DNA of 64,000 nt from a phage. The stretch lies in the sequence record OZ335962.1. One strand, 5' to 3'. Positions 18,618 through 27,050 of the stretch are shown here, piece by piece. Under the pieces are notes generated by a model. It saw nothing but the letters and a program-made list of their open reading frames with translations, was not told the DNA's origin and searched no databases. Both the position numbers and the translations under genes were made by a program. The stretch's first letter is position 1, and each line of letters starts with the position of its first letter.

Positions 18618-19508
18618 TTAAGATTTAAGTAAATCAACAATTTTAATTAACTTTTCACGCTCAGATTTAGCTTTACTACTCAGTCCAGATAGTCTGAAAA
18701 TTTCATCATCATATTGTTGAATGGAAATATTCAGCTCTTCAATCTGTTTATTAAAATAATCAATTTGTTCAGAATGTTTTTCGTTACTACGAACTGGTAC
18801 AGGTTTCGTAGGCAATGTAGTTGAACTGGATTCATCCGGGCGATAAATTAAAATACAACTTGAACCAATAGGGCATTTTGCACCAGATGAATATTCTAAT
18901 GTTCCAGCTTCTTTTAAAACTTCAAAAGCTAAACAGAGATGATGCCCCATATTAACATAATCTGTGGAGCGAGCTCTGATGTAATAATCATCGCCACGAA
19001 TACTAAATTTAAAGCATTTAAGGTCTTCCGTATTATTGGTCTTAAAAATCATTTGTTTATCTAGACCTTTAGCTAATCGAGCGCCTAATGCTAATAATCG
19101 TCGTTGATTTTCCCACAAATCCACAATCATTTGATCGAATGATAATTTCGGCATTAGTCGACCATAAAGGTCATATCCTTTATTATAATTACGAAGGATT
19201 TCACTCGCGTTAATACGAGACAATGCTCCAATTTTATTAAGAGCTTTCATAATGCGATTAGATAAACTCATTCCAGACCCATTTGTTCGCTGTAAATGTT
19301 TTTCTAATCCAAATCCAATATCAACTTTAAACTTATCTAAAATTTCTGCATGAACATCTCTGTCGATAACATTCAAATCCAAAGTTGGGTTAAATCTATG
19401 AAAAAATTTATCTGGCTCTGCACTGCGAAATACAGTCCATTCATTCATCATTTTTTTATTAACTAAAGATTTAATTACTGCATTGACATTATTAATTACT
19501 ACTGACAT
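18618..19508 (-). CDS. Hypothetical protein, member 4 of coiled-coil paralog array
   Basis: ATG 19508-19506 with SD gaggaa (ORF-track start 19529 is TTG); C-terminal coiled coil. Confidence 0.55.
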   Translation of the reverse strand: MSVVINNVNAVIKSLVNKKMMNEWTVFRSAEPDKFFHRFNPTLDLNVIDRDVHAEILDKFKVDIGFGLEKHLQRTNGSGMSLSNRIMKALNKIGALSRINASEILRNYNKGYDLYGRLMPKLSFDQMIVDLWENQRRLLALGARLAKGLDKQMIFKTNNTEDLKCFKFSIRGDDYYIRARSTDYVNMGHHLCLAFEVLKEAGTLEYSSGAKCPIGSSCILIYRPDESSSTTLPTKPVPVRSNEKHSEQIDYFNKQIEELNISIQQYDDEIFRLSGLSSKAKSEREKLIKIVDLLKS

Positions 19509-19515
19509 ATTTTCC

Positions 19516-19923
19516 TCACTCAATTTCAATTTTACTAAATATACAGAATAAGATGGAACAGACTATATAAGCACCACACACAGATTGAACTAATACCATT
19601 CCAAAGAACCAAACAATATTATCAAACAATGTCTGTTTTACGTCGAAAGGACGTAAACTTACAGTAATATTATCACCTTTTTCTATTGAAGAATACATCT
19701 CTGGGGAAATATATTCACTAAATCTATAACCGTCTTTGAGTTCATATACGGCAATAAACGATAAACTAGACCCTTTTCCTTGCGTTCCTGTAATGGTATT
19801 AACTACAGTAACATCATAATCTTTATAATGCATATAATCATTAATTGCGTAATAACCATATGCAATTACTACACATAAACAACATATCAATAAATTCAAT
19901 CTTTTAATTATCAACTGTTTCAT
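19516..19923 (-). CDS. Membrane protein (N- and C-terminal TM helices)
   Basis: 135-aa ORF; LLICCLCVVIAYGYYAI and WFFGMVLVQSVCGAYIVCSILFCIF. Confidence 0.5.
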   Translation of the reverse strand: MKQLIIKRLNLLICCLCVVIAYGYYAINDYMHYKDYDVTVVNTITGTQGKGSSLSFIAVYELKDGYRFSEYISPEMYSSIEKGDNITVSLRPFDVKQTLFDNIVWFFGMVLVQSVCGAYIVCSILFCIFSKIEIE

Positions 19924-19952
19924 AATAATCTCAATTAAAAGGGCTTAGAACC

Positions 19953-19961
19953 ATTATACCA
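19953..19961 (-). promoter_or_regulatory. Possible extended -10 promoter (TGGTATAAT), weak -35
   Basis: Minus strand tggTATAAT about 30 nt upstream of ATG 19923. Confidence 0.3.
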
Positions 19962-19978
19962 TCCTTGGTATAAAGCGG

Positions 19979-20506
19979 TTATGCGAGTACCGTCTTTAAC
20001 CGTTCTTCAAACTTCCGAAGAGTATTTTGGCGTTCAGCTCTTTGCTTTTTGTAAGTTTCAATACGCTCTGAAATGAGAGTGTATCGTTCATTTACTGATT
20101 CTTTCATAAAATCAGGAATTTCACGAGAAGCTTTAATCTCGTCAAATTTATCAATAACAGCTTGCTCTTCAGCAATTAAGTTATCATACATTAAAATATC
20201 TTTCTTGATGAACTCAATATCTTCTTGAGTTACACGAGATAATTTAGATGCTTTATCCTTTTTGTACTGTTCGTTAGTATCACGAGACCAGTGTAATGTA
20301 CGATTTTTATTCGTATTTTTGTAAATTTCTACAATACCGATCTCATCAATAATAACGATCCAATTCCAACGGGATTTGTAAATTTGTCCTCCATCAACAG
20401 TGATTTCACCTCCGATTGAGATGTCATTAAAGAACTTGCTTTGTGCCTCAGATTTAAATTTACCATCGTTGTAATTTACCAAGTTGAAAATATCTTTAGC
20501 GTTCAT
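19979..20506 (-). CDS. Hypothetical protein
   Basis: 175-aa ORF, SD ggagg, downstream of promoter 20535-20563. Confidence 0.55.
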   Translation of the reverse strand: MNAKDIFNLVNYNDGKFKSEAQSKFFNDISIGGEITVDGGQIYKSRWNWIVIIDEIGIVEIYKNTNKNRTLHWSRDTNEQYKKDKASKLSRVTQEDIEFIKKDILMYDNLIAEEQAVIDKFDEIKASREIPDFMKESVNERYTLISERIETYKKQRAERQNTLRKFEERLKTVLA

Positions 20507-20534
20507 TTTCTGTTCCTCCGTAGTTGATAGGGTA

Positions 20535-20563
20535 ATAGTACCACAGAGGAACAGTCTTGTAAA
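20535..20563 (-). promoter_or_regulatory. Early promoter in inverted repeat
   Basis: Minus strand TTTACA - 17 nt - TACTAT; 9-bp IR ctgttcctc/gaggaacag (20510-20518 / 20546-20554) brackets the -10. Confidence 0.55.
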
Positions 20564-20566
20564 CCA

Positions 20567-20881
20567 CTAAAAGAAACTTCTTTCACAATTTTTTCCACTG
20601 AACCATGCACTCACTGCTTTCTTAGTCTCAGGAGCAGTGTTATCCATAAACCATTCAAAGGCAGCCTTTTTATGATTCTGGAGGGCTTCTCGGGCTTTAA
20701 TCTGCTCACGGTCTATTAACACTAACATATGAGCCTTTCTTGTCACCATGGGCTTCTTATGATTTTTTGAATACTCCCAGTCATTTGTCCATCGCATTGT
20801 CGTTGCGAACTTAAATACTTCTTCTTTAATTTTAGTTTCGTAAATTTCACGAGCCTTTGAGTATAACATCATTACCTCCAT
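20567..20881 (-). CDS. Hypothetical protein
   Basis: 104-aa ORF; alternative ATG at 20869 with better SD spacing. Confidence 0.45.
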   Translation of the reverse strand: MEVMMLYSKAREIYETKIKEEVFKFATTMRWTNDWEYSKNHKKPMVTRKAHMLVLIDREQIKAREALQNHKKAAFEWFMDNTAPETKKAVSAWFSGKNCERSFF

Positions 20882-20970
20882 TCACCAGTTTAATTCTAGT
20901 CATCTTTTTAATGGCAGTCCATATAATCTATTTCTGAACTGCCTTTTTGTCATAGAAGTCCTCTTATGAA

Positions 20971-21939
20971 TTATTTCAGAAGAGTAACCTCAGCGATTTC
21001 TTCCCAACCGTTTTTGTCGGTCATAATAAAGTCAGCAAGATAAAGAGCAGTACGCAGTGAAACATTGCGTAAACGATTAACATTAACTTTCATCCATGAT
21101 AATGCTTTATAAGTTTCTTCATCAGAAAGACCGCGCTTTTGCATCATGTCAGTTGAAAGAATAACATCTTCAACCCTGACCATAATTTCTTCATTAGTAT
21201 GAACACCCAAATCCAAATAAACTGAGCGGGACACTAATGCTTGTAAATGTGGAGCAAGTTTAGTACCGCGGTCTAATTCGCGGTCAATGTCAACGTTTGT
21301 GATAAAAACAATCGTTCCTTTAAATTCAAACTCACGCTCAATGCCTTTTTCTTCTAAGTAAGAAGACGCAGTGCTCCAGCAGACTTTACGGGTCTCTCCA
21401 GTGTCCAGAGCGGCTTTTAGAAGATTAAGAATGTCCATATCAGAGAAAACATCCACATCATCAATCAAAAGGACAGAATTCTCTTCACGATTATTCCAAA
21501 GCTGCTCATAAAGACCAATACCAGAGATTTTACCATTAATGCTTTTATATTCAATGTATCCAATATCATTTGCTTTATTCAAAGCTTTATCTAAAGAATA
21601 CGTTTTACCAATACCTGCTGCACCAGAGATAATCAATGAACGAATATTTCCATTAATAATACCATTCGTCATCATTCCCATAACATTAAATCTTTTATTA
21701 ATGCGGGTTTTCATATCTTCATACGATTCTTTAACTTCTTCAACTTTTACACCATCATATGAAATATCTGATTTGTAAACCCAAACACCGCGACGTTTAC
21801 CGTCAATTTCAACAAAAACTTTACCATCTCCTTGTGCATCTACCGGAGCATTATCTGGGAACCATTCGCCTAAGAGCTCAAAAGTTCCAGAGATTTCTTT
21901 ACCGAAGTAGATACCCTTATTGATAGTTACAGTTTTCAT
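20971..21939 (-). CDS. P-loop NTPase (Walker A GAAGIGKT, Walker B LLIDDVD)
   Basis: ATG 21939-21937 with SD ggag downstream of promoter 21976-22004 (ORF-track start 21957 is GTG); N-terminal ~110-aa domain then ATPase core. Confidence 0.6.
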   Translation of the reverse strand: MKTVTINKGIYFGKEISGTFELLGEWFPDNAPVDAQGDGKVFVEIDGKRRGVWVYKSDISYDGVKVEEVKESYEDMKTRINKRFNVMGMMTNGIINGNIRSLIISGAAGIGKTYSLDKALNKANDIGYIEYKSINGKISGIGLYEQLWNNREENSVLLIDDVDVFSDMDILNLLKAALDTGETRKVCWSTASSYLEEKGIEREFEFKGTIVFITNVDIDRELDRGTKLAPHLQALVSRSVYLDLGVHTNEEIMVRVEDVILSTDMMQKRGLSDEETYKALSWMKVNVNRLRNVSLRTALYLADFIMTDKNGWEEIAEVTLLK

Positions 21940-21975
21940 TTTATTCTCCAATTTCACATTTGTTTTGATAGGGTA

Positions 21976-22004
21976 ATAGTATCACACTACTACCCTACTG
22001 TAAA
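21976..22004 (-). promoter_or_regulatory. Early promoter in inverted repeat
   Basis: Minus strand (G)TTTACA - 17 nt - TACTAT; IR agggta/taccct around -10. Confidence 0.55.
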
Positions 22005-22008
22005 CAAT

Positions 22009-22272
22009 TTATTTTAATGTTTGCCAAATTTTTACTGCTTCGCGACGAGATACTTCTACAGCTCCAAGTTCTACGGCTTTTTGGCGTCGGCGAGCATGTA
22101 AGTCATAATGTTTAATGCGTTTATCTTGAAACCAAGAACGTTTCATTCCTATTGCTTCTGCCATTTTATGAAGCTCTTCAATATCTCCATCAGTGAACAT
22201 ATGACAATTTTTAGTTGGATGACCGCGAAGTTTCCATCCATGATTCATTAAAACATCTACGTAAACTGTCAT
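22009..22272 (-). CDS. Hypothetical protein
   Basis: 87-aa ORF, basic C-terminus. Confidence 0.45.
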   Translation of the reverse strand: MTVYVDVLMNHGWKLRGHPTKNCHMFTDGDIEELHKMAEAIGMKRSWFQDKRIKHYDLHARRRQKAVELGAVEVSRREAVKIWQTLK

Positions 22273-22418
22273 TGATTCTGCTCCAAATATGTTTCTATAA
22301 TTTTCTGAGCGAGATAAACTGCGTTATCTTCAGTTGCATCTTCTAAGAAATTTTCAAAATAAGCTGAAATTTCTTCTGTATCAATCAACTTTTTTACTTC
22401 AATTAACGTAGTTTTCAT
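22269..22418 (-). CDS. Small acidic protein (49 aa), not in ORF track
   Basis: ATG 22418-22416 with SD ggggaa, downstream of promoter 22453-22481; stop overlaps next start (ATGA). Confidence 0.45.
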   Translation of the reverse strand: MKTTLIEVKKLIDTEEISAYFENFLEDATEDNAVYLAQKIIETYLEQNQ

Positions 22419-22452
22419 TTTATTCCCCAAATCCGTATCAGTTGATAGTTGT

Positions 22453-22481
22453 ATAGTACCATAAAGCTTTATGCTTGTAAA
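22453..22481 (-). promoter_or_regulatory. Early promoter
   Basis: Minus strand (G)TTTACA - 17 nt - TACTAT; spacer contains palindrome cataaagctttatg; shares 25-nt upstream block gtaaaccgttttgtgaaaaaatttt with promoter 37450-37478. Confidence 0.55.
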
Positions 22482-22512
22482 CCGTTTTGTGAAAAAATTT
22501 TGAAATAAAAAA

Positions 22513-22530
22513 GGGAGCCCGAAGGCTCCC
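22513..22530 (-). terminator. Intrinsic terminator after nucleotidyltransferase gene
   Basis: RNA GGGAGCC-UUCG-GGCUCCC followed by UUUUUUAUUU. Confidence 0.6.
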
Positions 22531-22532
22531 TA

Positions 22533-23546
22533 TCATTTATAATAACTTCGATGGTTTTCAAGATAAATCCTCTCAAGGAAGTCATCCCAGAAACCCATGT
22601 CTACTTTTTGCTGCATACCGTTCTTAGAAGCTTCAATGGAAGCTGCTTCTACTTGATCGACTACATCTTCCAAAAACTCTTGAACAGTTTTAAATGGATG
22701 TTTACCCAACTTCACGTCGAGAATAAATGGAGCATCTTGAAGTGGATAGACTAAGTCACCAGTTTTGTAAATTTCCAATAGTTGGAGTCCACCACGGCAA
22801 GCATGACTCAGAGCTTTCCAGTCAATGCCCTCATTAGCTTCGGCCTTACGAGCGCGTTCGCCGTATTCAGCATCAAGTTTATTCAAAGATTGCTTAAGCT
22901 CGATAAGAGAAAGCGTTGTTTGATATTTACGACCCAACACGGTGTAGAACGTTTGTGGTCCTGTTTTCTCATGATTATGGAATACCCATTCACAGAATTC
23001 GTTCTCTGGAAGACGATGCTTAATATCTTCAACTTTAGTTCGACGCTGCTTAATGGAACCGTCTTCTTGGTAATCAACCCATTGCTCAGGGATTTGATTA
23101 ACTACTTTCAATACATCACGTAATGCGGCCAAACGAGAACCCTTGACACCATATTTAGAAGCTTGCTTGCGAACATATCCTAAATAGGATTTCATGTTAG
23201 TCGTATAAAAACGAGAACGATTGTCTTGAATAAACTTCCATACATCAGGCAAATCAGATTTAACTACCAGTTCAGGTGGAGTATGGAGCATATCCAATGC
23301 TACAGTTTCACCATCTGCTGCTAATTTAAAGAAATACTTAAGACTGTATAGTTCATGGTCAATATCATCTTTAGTGTTTTTAGATGATGTGTTGTTAGTG
23401 TTTTTACTCATATGCTCTTTAACATTTCCGATAAGAATATCACGAGCAGGAGGAACAAAGATTTCTTTAAAATCTACATCAGATTCTGGAGTAGAAGTTC
23501 CATAAAGATGACTACCAAAATAGCTTTTCATTACTGTTTTCATCAT
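22533..23546 (-). CDS. Pol-beta-superfamily nucleotidyltransferase-like protein
   Basis: N-terminal motif FGSHLYGTSTPESDVDF fits the GS-x(9-13)-DxD nucleotidyltransferase signature; remainder helical; followed by UUCG terminator hairpin. Confidence 0.55.
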   Translation of the reverse strand: MMKTVMKSYFGSHLYGTSTPESDVDFKEIFVPPARDILIGNVKEHMSKNTNNTSSKNTKDDIDHELYSLKYFFKLAADGETVALDMLHTPPELVVKSDLPDVWKFIQDNRSRFYTTNMKSYLGYVRKQASKYGVKGSRLAALRDVLKVVNQIPEQWVDYQEDGSIKQRRTKVEDIKHRLPENEFCEWVFHNHEKTGPQTFYTVLGRKYQTTLSLIELKQSLNKLDAEYGERARKAEANEGIDWKALSHACRGGLQLLEIYKTGDLVYPLQDAPFILDVKLGKHPFKTVQEFLEDVVDQVEAASIEASKNGMQQKVDMGFWDDFLERIYLENHRSYYK

Positions 23547-24004
23547 TCAGCCTTATATTCAATAACAGGACATACTTTAGCTTTACGCGCTTTTAAAAAT
23601 TCGACGATAATAGATTTCTTGGGTTGAATAGGAGGTAAACCTTTATACGCCCTATCAATATTTTCTACATGTAAAGCATAATCCTTTTTCCATTTATAAT
23701 CTTTATATTTTTCATGCAGTTGTGCAGGAATAACAAATGAACCAATAATAAGTAAAACAAGCAAAATGGCAAGTATAAATGCTGATGGAATAAGAGTCCA
23801 TAAACTACCAAAAATAAGCCATTTCTGTATGATTTCTGCACAGATAATAGTTAGACCTGCGAGTATAGTACATCCGAAAAAAGAAACGAAAAATGCAGGG
23901 ATAACAATAGACCAAAAATATGCACAAAGTGTCTTAGGTCGTTTCCATTCGTCGTTAAACATTTTGAATAATTTATAATGCCAAGAGTTTTCATTAATAA
24001 TCAT
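23543..24004 (-). CDS. Membrane protein (3-4 TM helices)
   Basis: 153-aa ORF, SD aagga; hydrophobic segments IVIPAFFVSFFGCTILAGLTIICA and LWTLIPSAFILAILLVLLIIGSFVIPA. Confidence 0.5.
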   Translation of the reverse strand: MIINENSWHYKLFKMFNDEWKRPKTLCAYFWSIVIPAFFVSFFGCTILAGLTIICAEIIQKWLIFGSLWTLIPSAFILAILLVLLIIGSFVIPAQLHEKYKDYKWKKDYALHVENIDRAYKGLPPIQPKKSIIVEFLKARKAKVCPVIEYKAE

Positions 24005-24006
24005 AA

Positions 24007-24528
24007 TTATCCTTTCATTGAAGGTGTAACAGTTGTTAAATACTTAATCATAGCTTCAGCTTCTGATTTTGATAATGAAATTTCTCCATTATTTTGACGA
24101 ATAGAAATAAAATCCGGATGACGGTCACCACCAGCTTTTAAAACACACATATAAGTATCAGTTTCATCTTCAATATTTGAAATGATTGAAGCAGTTCCAC
24201 ATGAATGTGGTTTTTGATAAACTAATACAGCTTTTCTTCCACCGTTTGACTGTTCATAAACTTTTAATACATCAAACAAATCACTTCTTTTATCAATAGC
24301 TAAGATGTTGTTTTCATCTTCAATGTTAAATCCTTCGGATACTTCATAAAGTGTCACCCATAAATCGCCAATATCAATAACAGCGTTCACTTTTCCATGA
24401 CTTTCAAGAGCATGACAAATTTTCTTGATTTCATCATAACTCATTTTAATAATATCATCTCCTTGAATAAGAAAGATGTCATTTTTAAATTCAACACGAA
24501 TTAAACCGCTTTCACTTGAAATAAACAT
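24007..24528 (-). CDS. Hypothetical protein (paralog of 24535..25092)
   Basis: 173-aa ORF, SD gaggaa; C-terminal region ...ISIRQ...KSEAEAMIKYLTTVTPSM resembles the neighbour. Confidence 0.5.
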   Translation of the reverse strand: MFISSESGLIRVEFKNDIFLIQGDDIIKMSYDEIKKICHALESHGKVNAVIDIGDLWVTLYEVSEGFNIEDENNILAIDKRSDLFDVLKVYEQSNGGRKAVLVYQKPHSCGTASIISNIEDETDTYMCVLKAGGDRHPDFISIRQNNGEISLSKSEAEAMIKYLTTVTPSMKG

Positions 24529-24534
24529 ATTTCC

Positions 24535-25092
24535 TCACTTTGAAATCATAGTTGGAATGACAGAATCAAGATAAGTCTTTAGCGCAATAGCTTCGTCTTT
24601 GGTAAATGTGACAATATGTGATCGAAAATCATCAATTTGACGAATAGTTAAGACATCTCCATCTTCATAACATTTTGATAAATTTAAAACAGTTTCATCA
24701 TTTTGATTGCAAGCGTTAGTAATAATAGCATTGCAATTTTTGAGCCATTTTAAACTATGTTTTCTTTCATTAGAATAATAAAAATATTTAATCTTATCTA
24801 TAAAACTATCCCAATGGATAACTGATAAACACATTGACTCACTTTTAATATTAAATCCTGGGCATGAAGAATAAAAATGAATTTTGTGCTCATCATTGAT
24901 GCTTACTATTTTATCAGTATAAGGATATTCAATTTGGGTTAAATGAATGATTTCACTAGGCGTAAAATATAGCATATCGTCTTCTTGTGTCAAACGATAC
25001 ATATTATTTACTTTTTCTATAGCTAATTCACCAAAAAGCGGACTAACTTCTAATACTAATCGTTTCATATTGATTCTCTTCGACTCACTCAC
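24535..25092 (-). CDS. Hypothetical protein (paralog of 24007..24528)
   Basis: GTG start 25092-25090 with SD aaggag 9 nt upstream (alternative ATG at 25068); C-terminus ...TIRQ...KDEAIALKTYLDSVIPTM. Confidence 0.45.
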   Translation of the reverse strand: MSESKRINMKRLVLEVSPLFGELAIEKVNNMYRLTQEDDMLYFTPSEIIHLTQIEYPYTDKIVSINDEHKIHFYSSCPGFNIKSESMCLSVIHWDSFIDKIKYFYYSNERKHSLKWLKNCNAIITNACNQNDETVLNLSKCYEDGDVLTIRQIDDFRSHIVTFTKDEAIALKTYLDSVIPTMISK

Positions 25093-25094
25093 AA

Positions 25095-25199
25095 TTACAT
25101 ACTCCTTTGAATAATATCAATAATGTTGTTCACCAGATTATAAGTAAACATTGGATAATTATATTGAATCATCACATACACAACAAACAAAACTTTCAT
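25095..25199 (-). CDS. Small hydrophobic peptide (34 aa), not in ORF track
   Basis: ATG 25199-25197 with SD aaggag, downstream of promoter 25228-25256; MKVLFVVYVMIQYNYPMF... Confidence 0.3.
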   Translation of the reverse strand: MKVLFVVYVMIQYNYPMFTYNLVNNIIDIIQRSM

Positions 25200-25227
25200 T
25201 CTCTTCTCCTTGGCAGTTGACAAGATT

Positions 25228-25256
25228 ACTATATCATAACCTTGCCAACTTGTAAA
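25228..25256 (-). promoter_or_regulatory. Early promoter
   Basis: Minus strand TTTACA - 17 nt - TATAGT. Confidence 0.5.
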
Positions 25257-25259
25257 CCA

Positions 25260-25433
25260 TTAAATGACGTTTTCAATAAAATTCTGAAGCTTTGTGTGAG
25301 CATCAACCATGATTTTCATTTCTTCCTTTGCGAAAGCTGTACCTCTTTCCCTAGCAGAATACTCATAGTCAGAAACTGCGTTAGCATATTCTTCAATTAG
25401 CTTCATTAAAAACATCTGCTTTTCAGTTTTCAT
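25260..25433 (-). CDS. Hypothetical small protein (57 aa), not in ORF track
   Basis: ATG 25433-25431 overlapping upstream stop (ATGA). Confidence 0.35.
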   Translation of the reverse strand: MKTEKQMFLMKLIEEYANAVSDYEYSARERGTAFAKEEMKIMVDAHTKLQNFIENVI

Positions 25434-25617
25434 TATTCCACCTAATCATTTCAAGATATTGAACTAACTTAGCTTTGGATTTATCCAAATCCTTTTTAGC
25501 TGCTTCTATACCATCGTATGAGTATCCTTCACAATGCTCAACTGCTAATTGATATGAATCTATTTCAACATCACGTGCTAATTTAATAATTTTTTCAAAC
25601 TGTTCACGTGTTAGCAT
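25423..25617 (-). CDS. Hypothetical protein
   Basis: 64-aa ORF, 2 nt after upstream stop. Confidence 0.45.
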   Translation of the reverse strand: MLTREQFEKIIKLARDVEIDSYQLAVEHCEGYSYDGIEAAKKDLDKSKAKLVQYLEMIRWNNEN

Positions 25618-25619
25618 AC

Positions 25620-25823
25620 TTAAACTCTCGTATTATGATCGATAATTTCATCAAGAAACATATCTAAAGCTTCTACAGCATTATCAACTTTAGCTTCAAA
25701 TTTTTCAATACCTTTATTTGCAATGCCTGCCGAAAACCAAGCAAAGTCACTAAGTTCCTCATCTGCTTTGCGAATTAAAGCTACCAATTCTTTAATTTTA
25801 TCTGCTTGTTCAATTCTAGTCAT
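25620..25823 (-). CDS. Hypothetical protein
   Basis: ATG 25823-25821 overlapping upstream stop (TAATG); ORF-track extension rejected. Confidence 0.45.
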   Translation of the reverse strand: MTRIEQADKIKELVALIRKADEELSDFAWFSAGIANKGIEKFEAKVDNAVEALDMFLDEIIDHNTRV

Positions 25824-26011
25824 TATTCCACCACATATGAAAGAGAGAATATTGCACACGCCATATGAGTTGCAGCTTCATCACACATATCATAACGTTT
25901 CTTAAGAAGTTCTACAAGTTCTTCACTAGTAACTTCATCCATGTCGACGAAAAAATCACCATTAATGATGACATAGATATTTCCTTCTTGATTGAGTGCT
26001 TCAATTTTCAT
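25823..26011 (-). CDS. Hypothetical protein
   Basis: ATG 26011-26009 with SD aggag, downstream of promoter 26040-26068. Confidence 0.5.
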   Translation of the reverse strand: MKIEALNQEGNIYVIINGDFFVDMDEVTSEELVELLKKRYDMCDEAATHMACAIFSLSYVVE

Positions 26012-26039
26012 GATGTTCTCCTCTTTATCCGATGGTTGT

Positions 26040-26068
26040 ATAGTATCACAGCTCAAATTGAAAGTAAA
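26040..26068 (-). promoter_or_regulatory. Early promoter
   Basis: Minus strand (G)TTTACT - 17 nt - TACTAT. Confidence 0.55.
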
Positions 26069-26085
26069 CCGGTAAAATGAAAAAA

Positions 26086-26101
26086 GTCTCCCGAAGGAGA
26101 C
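26086..26101 (-). terminator. Intrinsic terminator after rI operon
   Basis: RNA GUCUCC-UUCG-GGAGAC followed by UUUUUU. Confidence 0.6.
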
Positions 26102-26106
26102 TAATG

Positions 26107-26493
26107 TTATTCGAGGGAAAGAAGATATTTACTCTGGTAAAACATCCCAGTGATATCATCTATCGTGCTTTGAATGGCTGGAGGCATTTCTTTATAAATG
26201 CTGTTAGATTGATCTAGTATGTGATCAATCATTTTAATTGTATCGGTAGGAAGTTTACTGGCGTCTGGAATAGAAGGCGTGTATTTTCTACCAGAATACC
26301 CTAAATATTGCTCACCAAATTTATCAATCAAATCTGGCAATTCAGAGAAAATAAAATCGTATGCTTTGTGTCTAGCATAACTTTTAGTTTCAAAATGTGC
26401 AGAATGAAAATAAGCTTGTGCAGCCATTAATAAACCTAAGTATTCATCTGCCTTTGAAGGTTTTCCACTTTGTGAAAAGTCGCTGAATTTCAT
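26107..26493 (-). CDS. Hypothetical protein upstream-adjacent to rI (rI.-1 position)
   Basis: 128-aa ORF followed by UUCG hairpin terminator. Confidence 0.55.
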   Translation of the reverse strand: MKFSDFSQSGKPSKADEYLGLLMAAQAYFHSAHFETKSYARHKAYDFIFSELPDLIDKFGEQYLGYSGRKYTPSIPDASKLPTDTIKMIDHILDQSNSIYKEMPPAIQSTIDDITGMFYQSKYLLSLE

Positions 26494-26783
26494 TCAGTCT
26501 CCAATTTAATGTTCATAATTCTAGCGTATGATTGTGCCATCTCCGCGCCTCGCTCTATACATTCAAAATCGGAAGAGCACGGGTCATTTTTATAAGTCGT
26601 TCGCATAAAACTATAGAACTGTTCAGATGATTCTACGCTTTTATTTTCAAAAAGCATATAAACGTGTCTAATACCAGATTCCATAAATTTATCAAAATGA
26701 GGATCGACATTCGCTTCAATTGGTGGAGATAAAGCAAACGCTAATCCTAGCATGGCAAATAGTGCCGTTGCTTTTAAGGCCAT
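26490..26783 (-). CDS. rI: Lysis-inhibition regulator rI (periplasmic antiholin)
   Basis: 97-aa ORF MALKATALFAMLGLAFALSPPIEA... with N-terminal signal-anchor; matches recalled T4 RI. Confidence 0.85.
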   Translation of the reverse strand: MALKATALFAMLGLAFALSPPIEANVDPHFDKFMESGIRHVYMLFENKSVESSEQFYSFMRTTYKNDPCSSDFECIERGAEMAQSYARIMNIKLETE

Positions 26784-26795
26784 AAAGGCCTCCTA

Positions 26796-27008
26796 TCATT
26801 TTTGTCCTGTATTTACTTTATGCCGATGCACGGCCTTAACTTTATCAAGGTATTTTTCAAAATTTCGCAATCTAGTATAGTCTGCCGGAGATTGGTTGAG
26901 TGATACTTCTCGACGCAAAGCTGAAATGATATTTCCAACTTCCCTACGAATTTCATCTAATTGAAGAACAGTAAGATTGCGAAGTTGCTTTTCAGTTAAT
27001 TGTAGCAT
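26796..27008 (-). CDS. Hypothetical protein (rI.1 position)
   Basis: 70-aa ORF; late promoter TATAAATA 26 nt upstream. Confidence 0.5.
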
Positions 27009-27033
27009 ATATACCCCTTTAGTTAGATAAACC

Positions 27034-27041
27034 TATTTATA
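27034..27041 (-). promoter_or_regulatory. Late promoter (TATAAATA) upstream of rI.1/rI
   Basis: Exact TATAAATA on minus strand 26 nt upstream of ATG 27008. Confidence 0.45.
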
Positions 27042-27050
27042 ACTTTTGCA

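Noticed and set aside
20882-20970. Inverted repeats ggcagt...actgcc and tcata...tatga after the P-loop NTPase gene, considered as a terminator
   Set aside because: Stems are short or have long loops and no U-run follows; could be a processing site but not supportable as a terminator.
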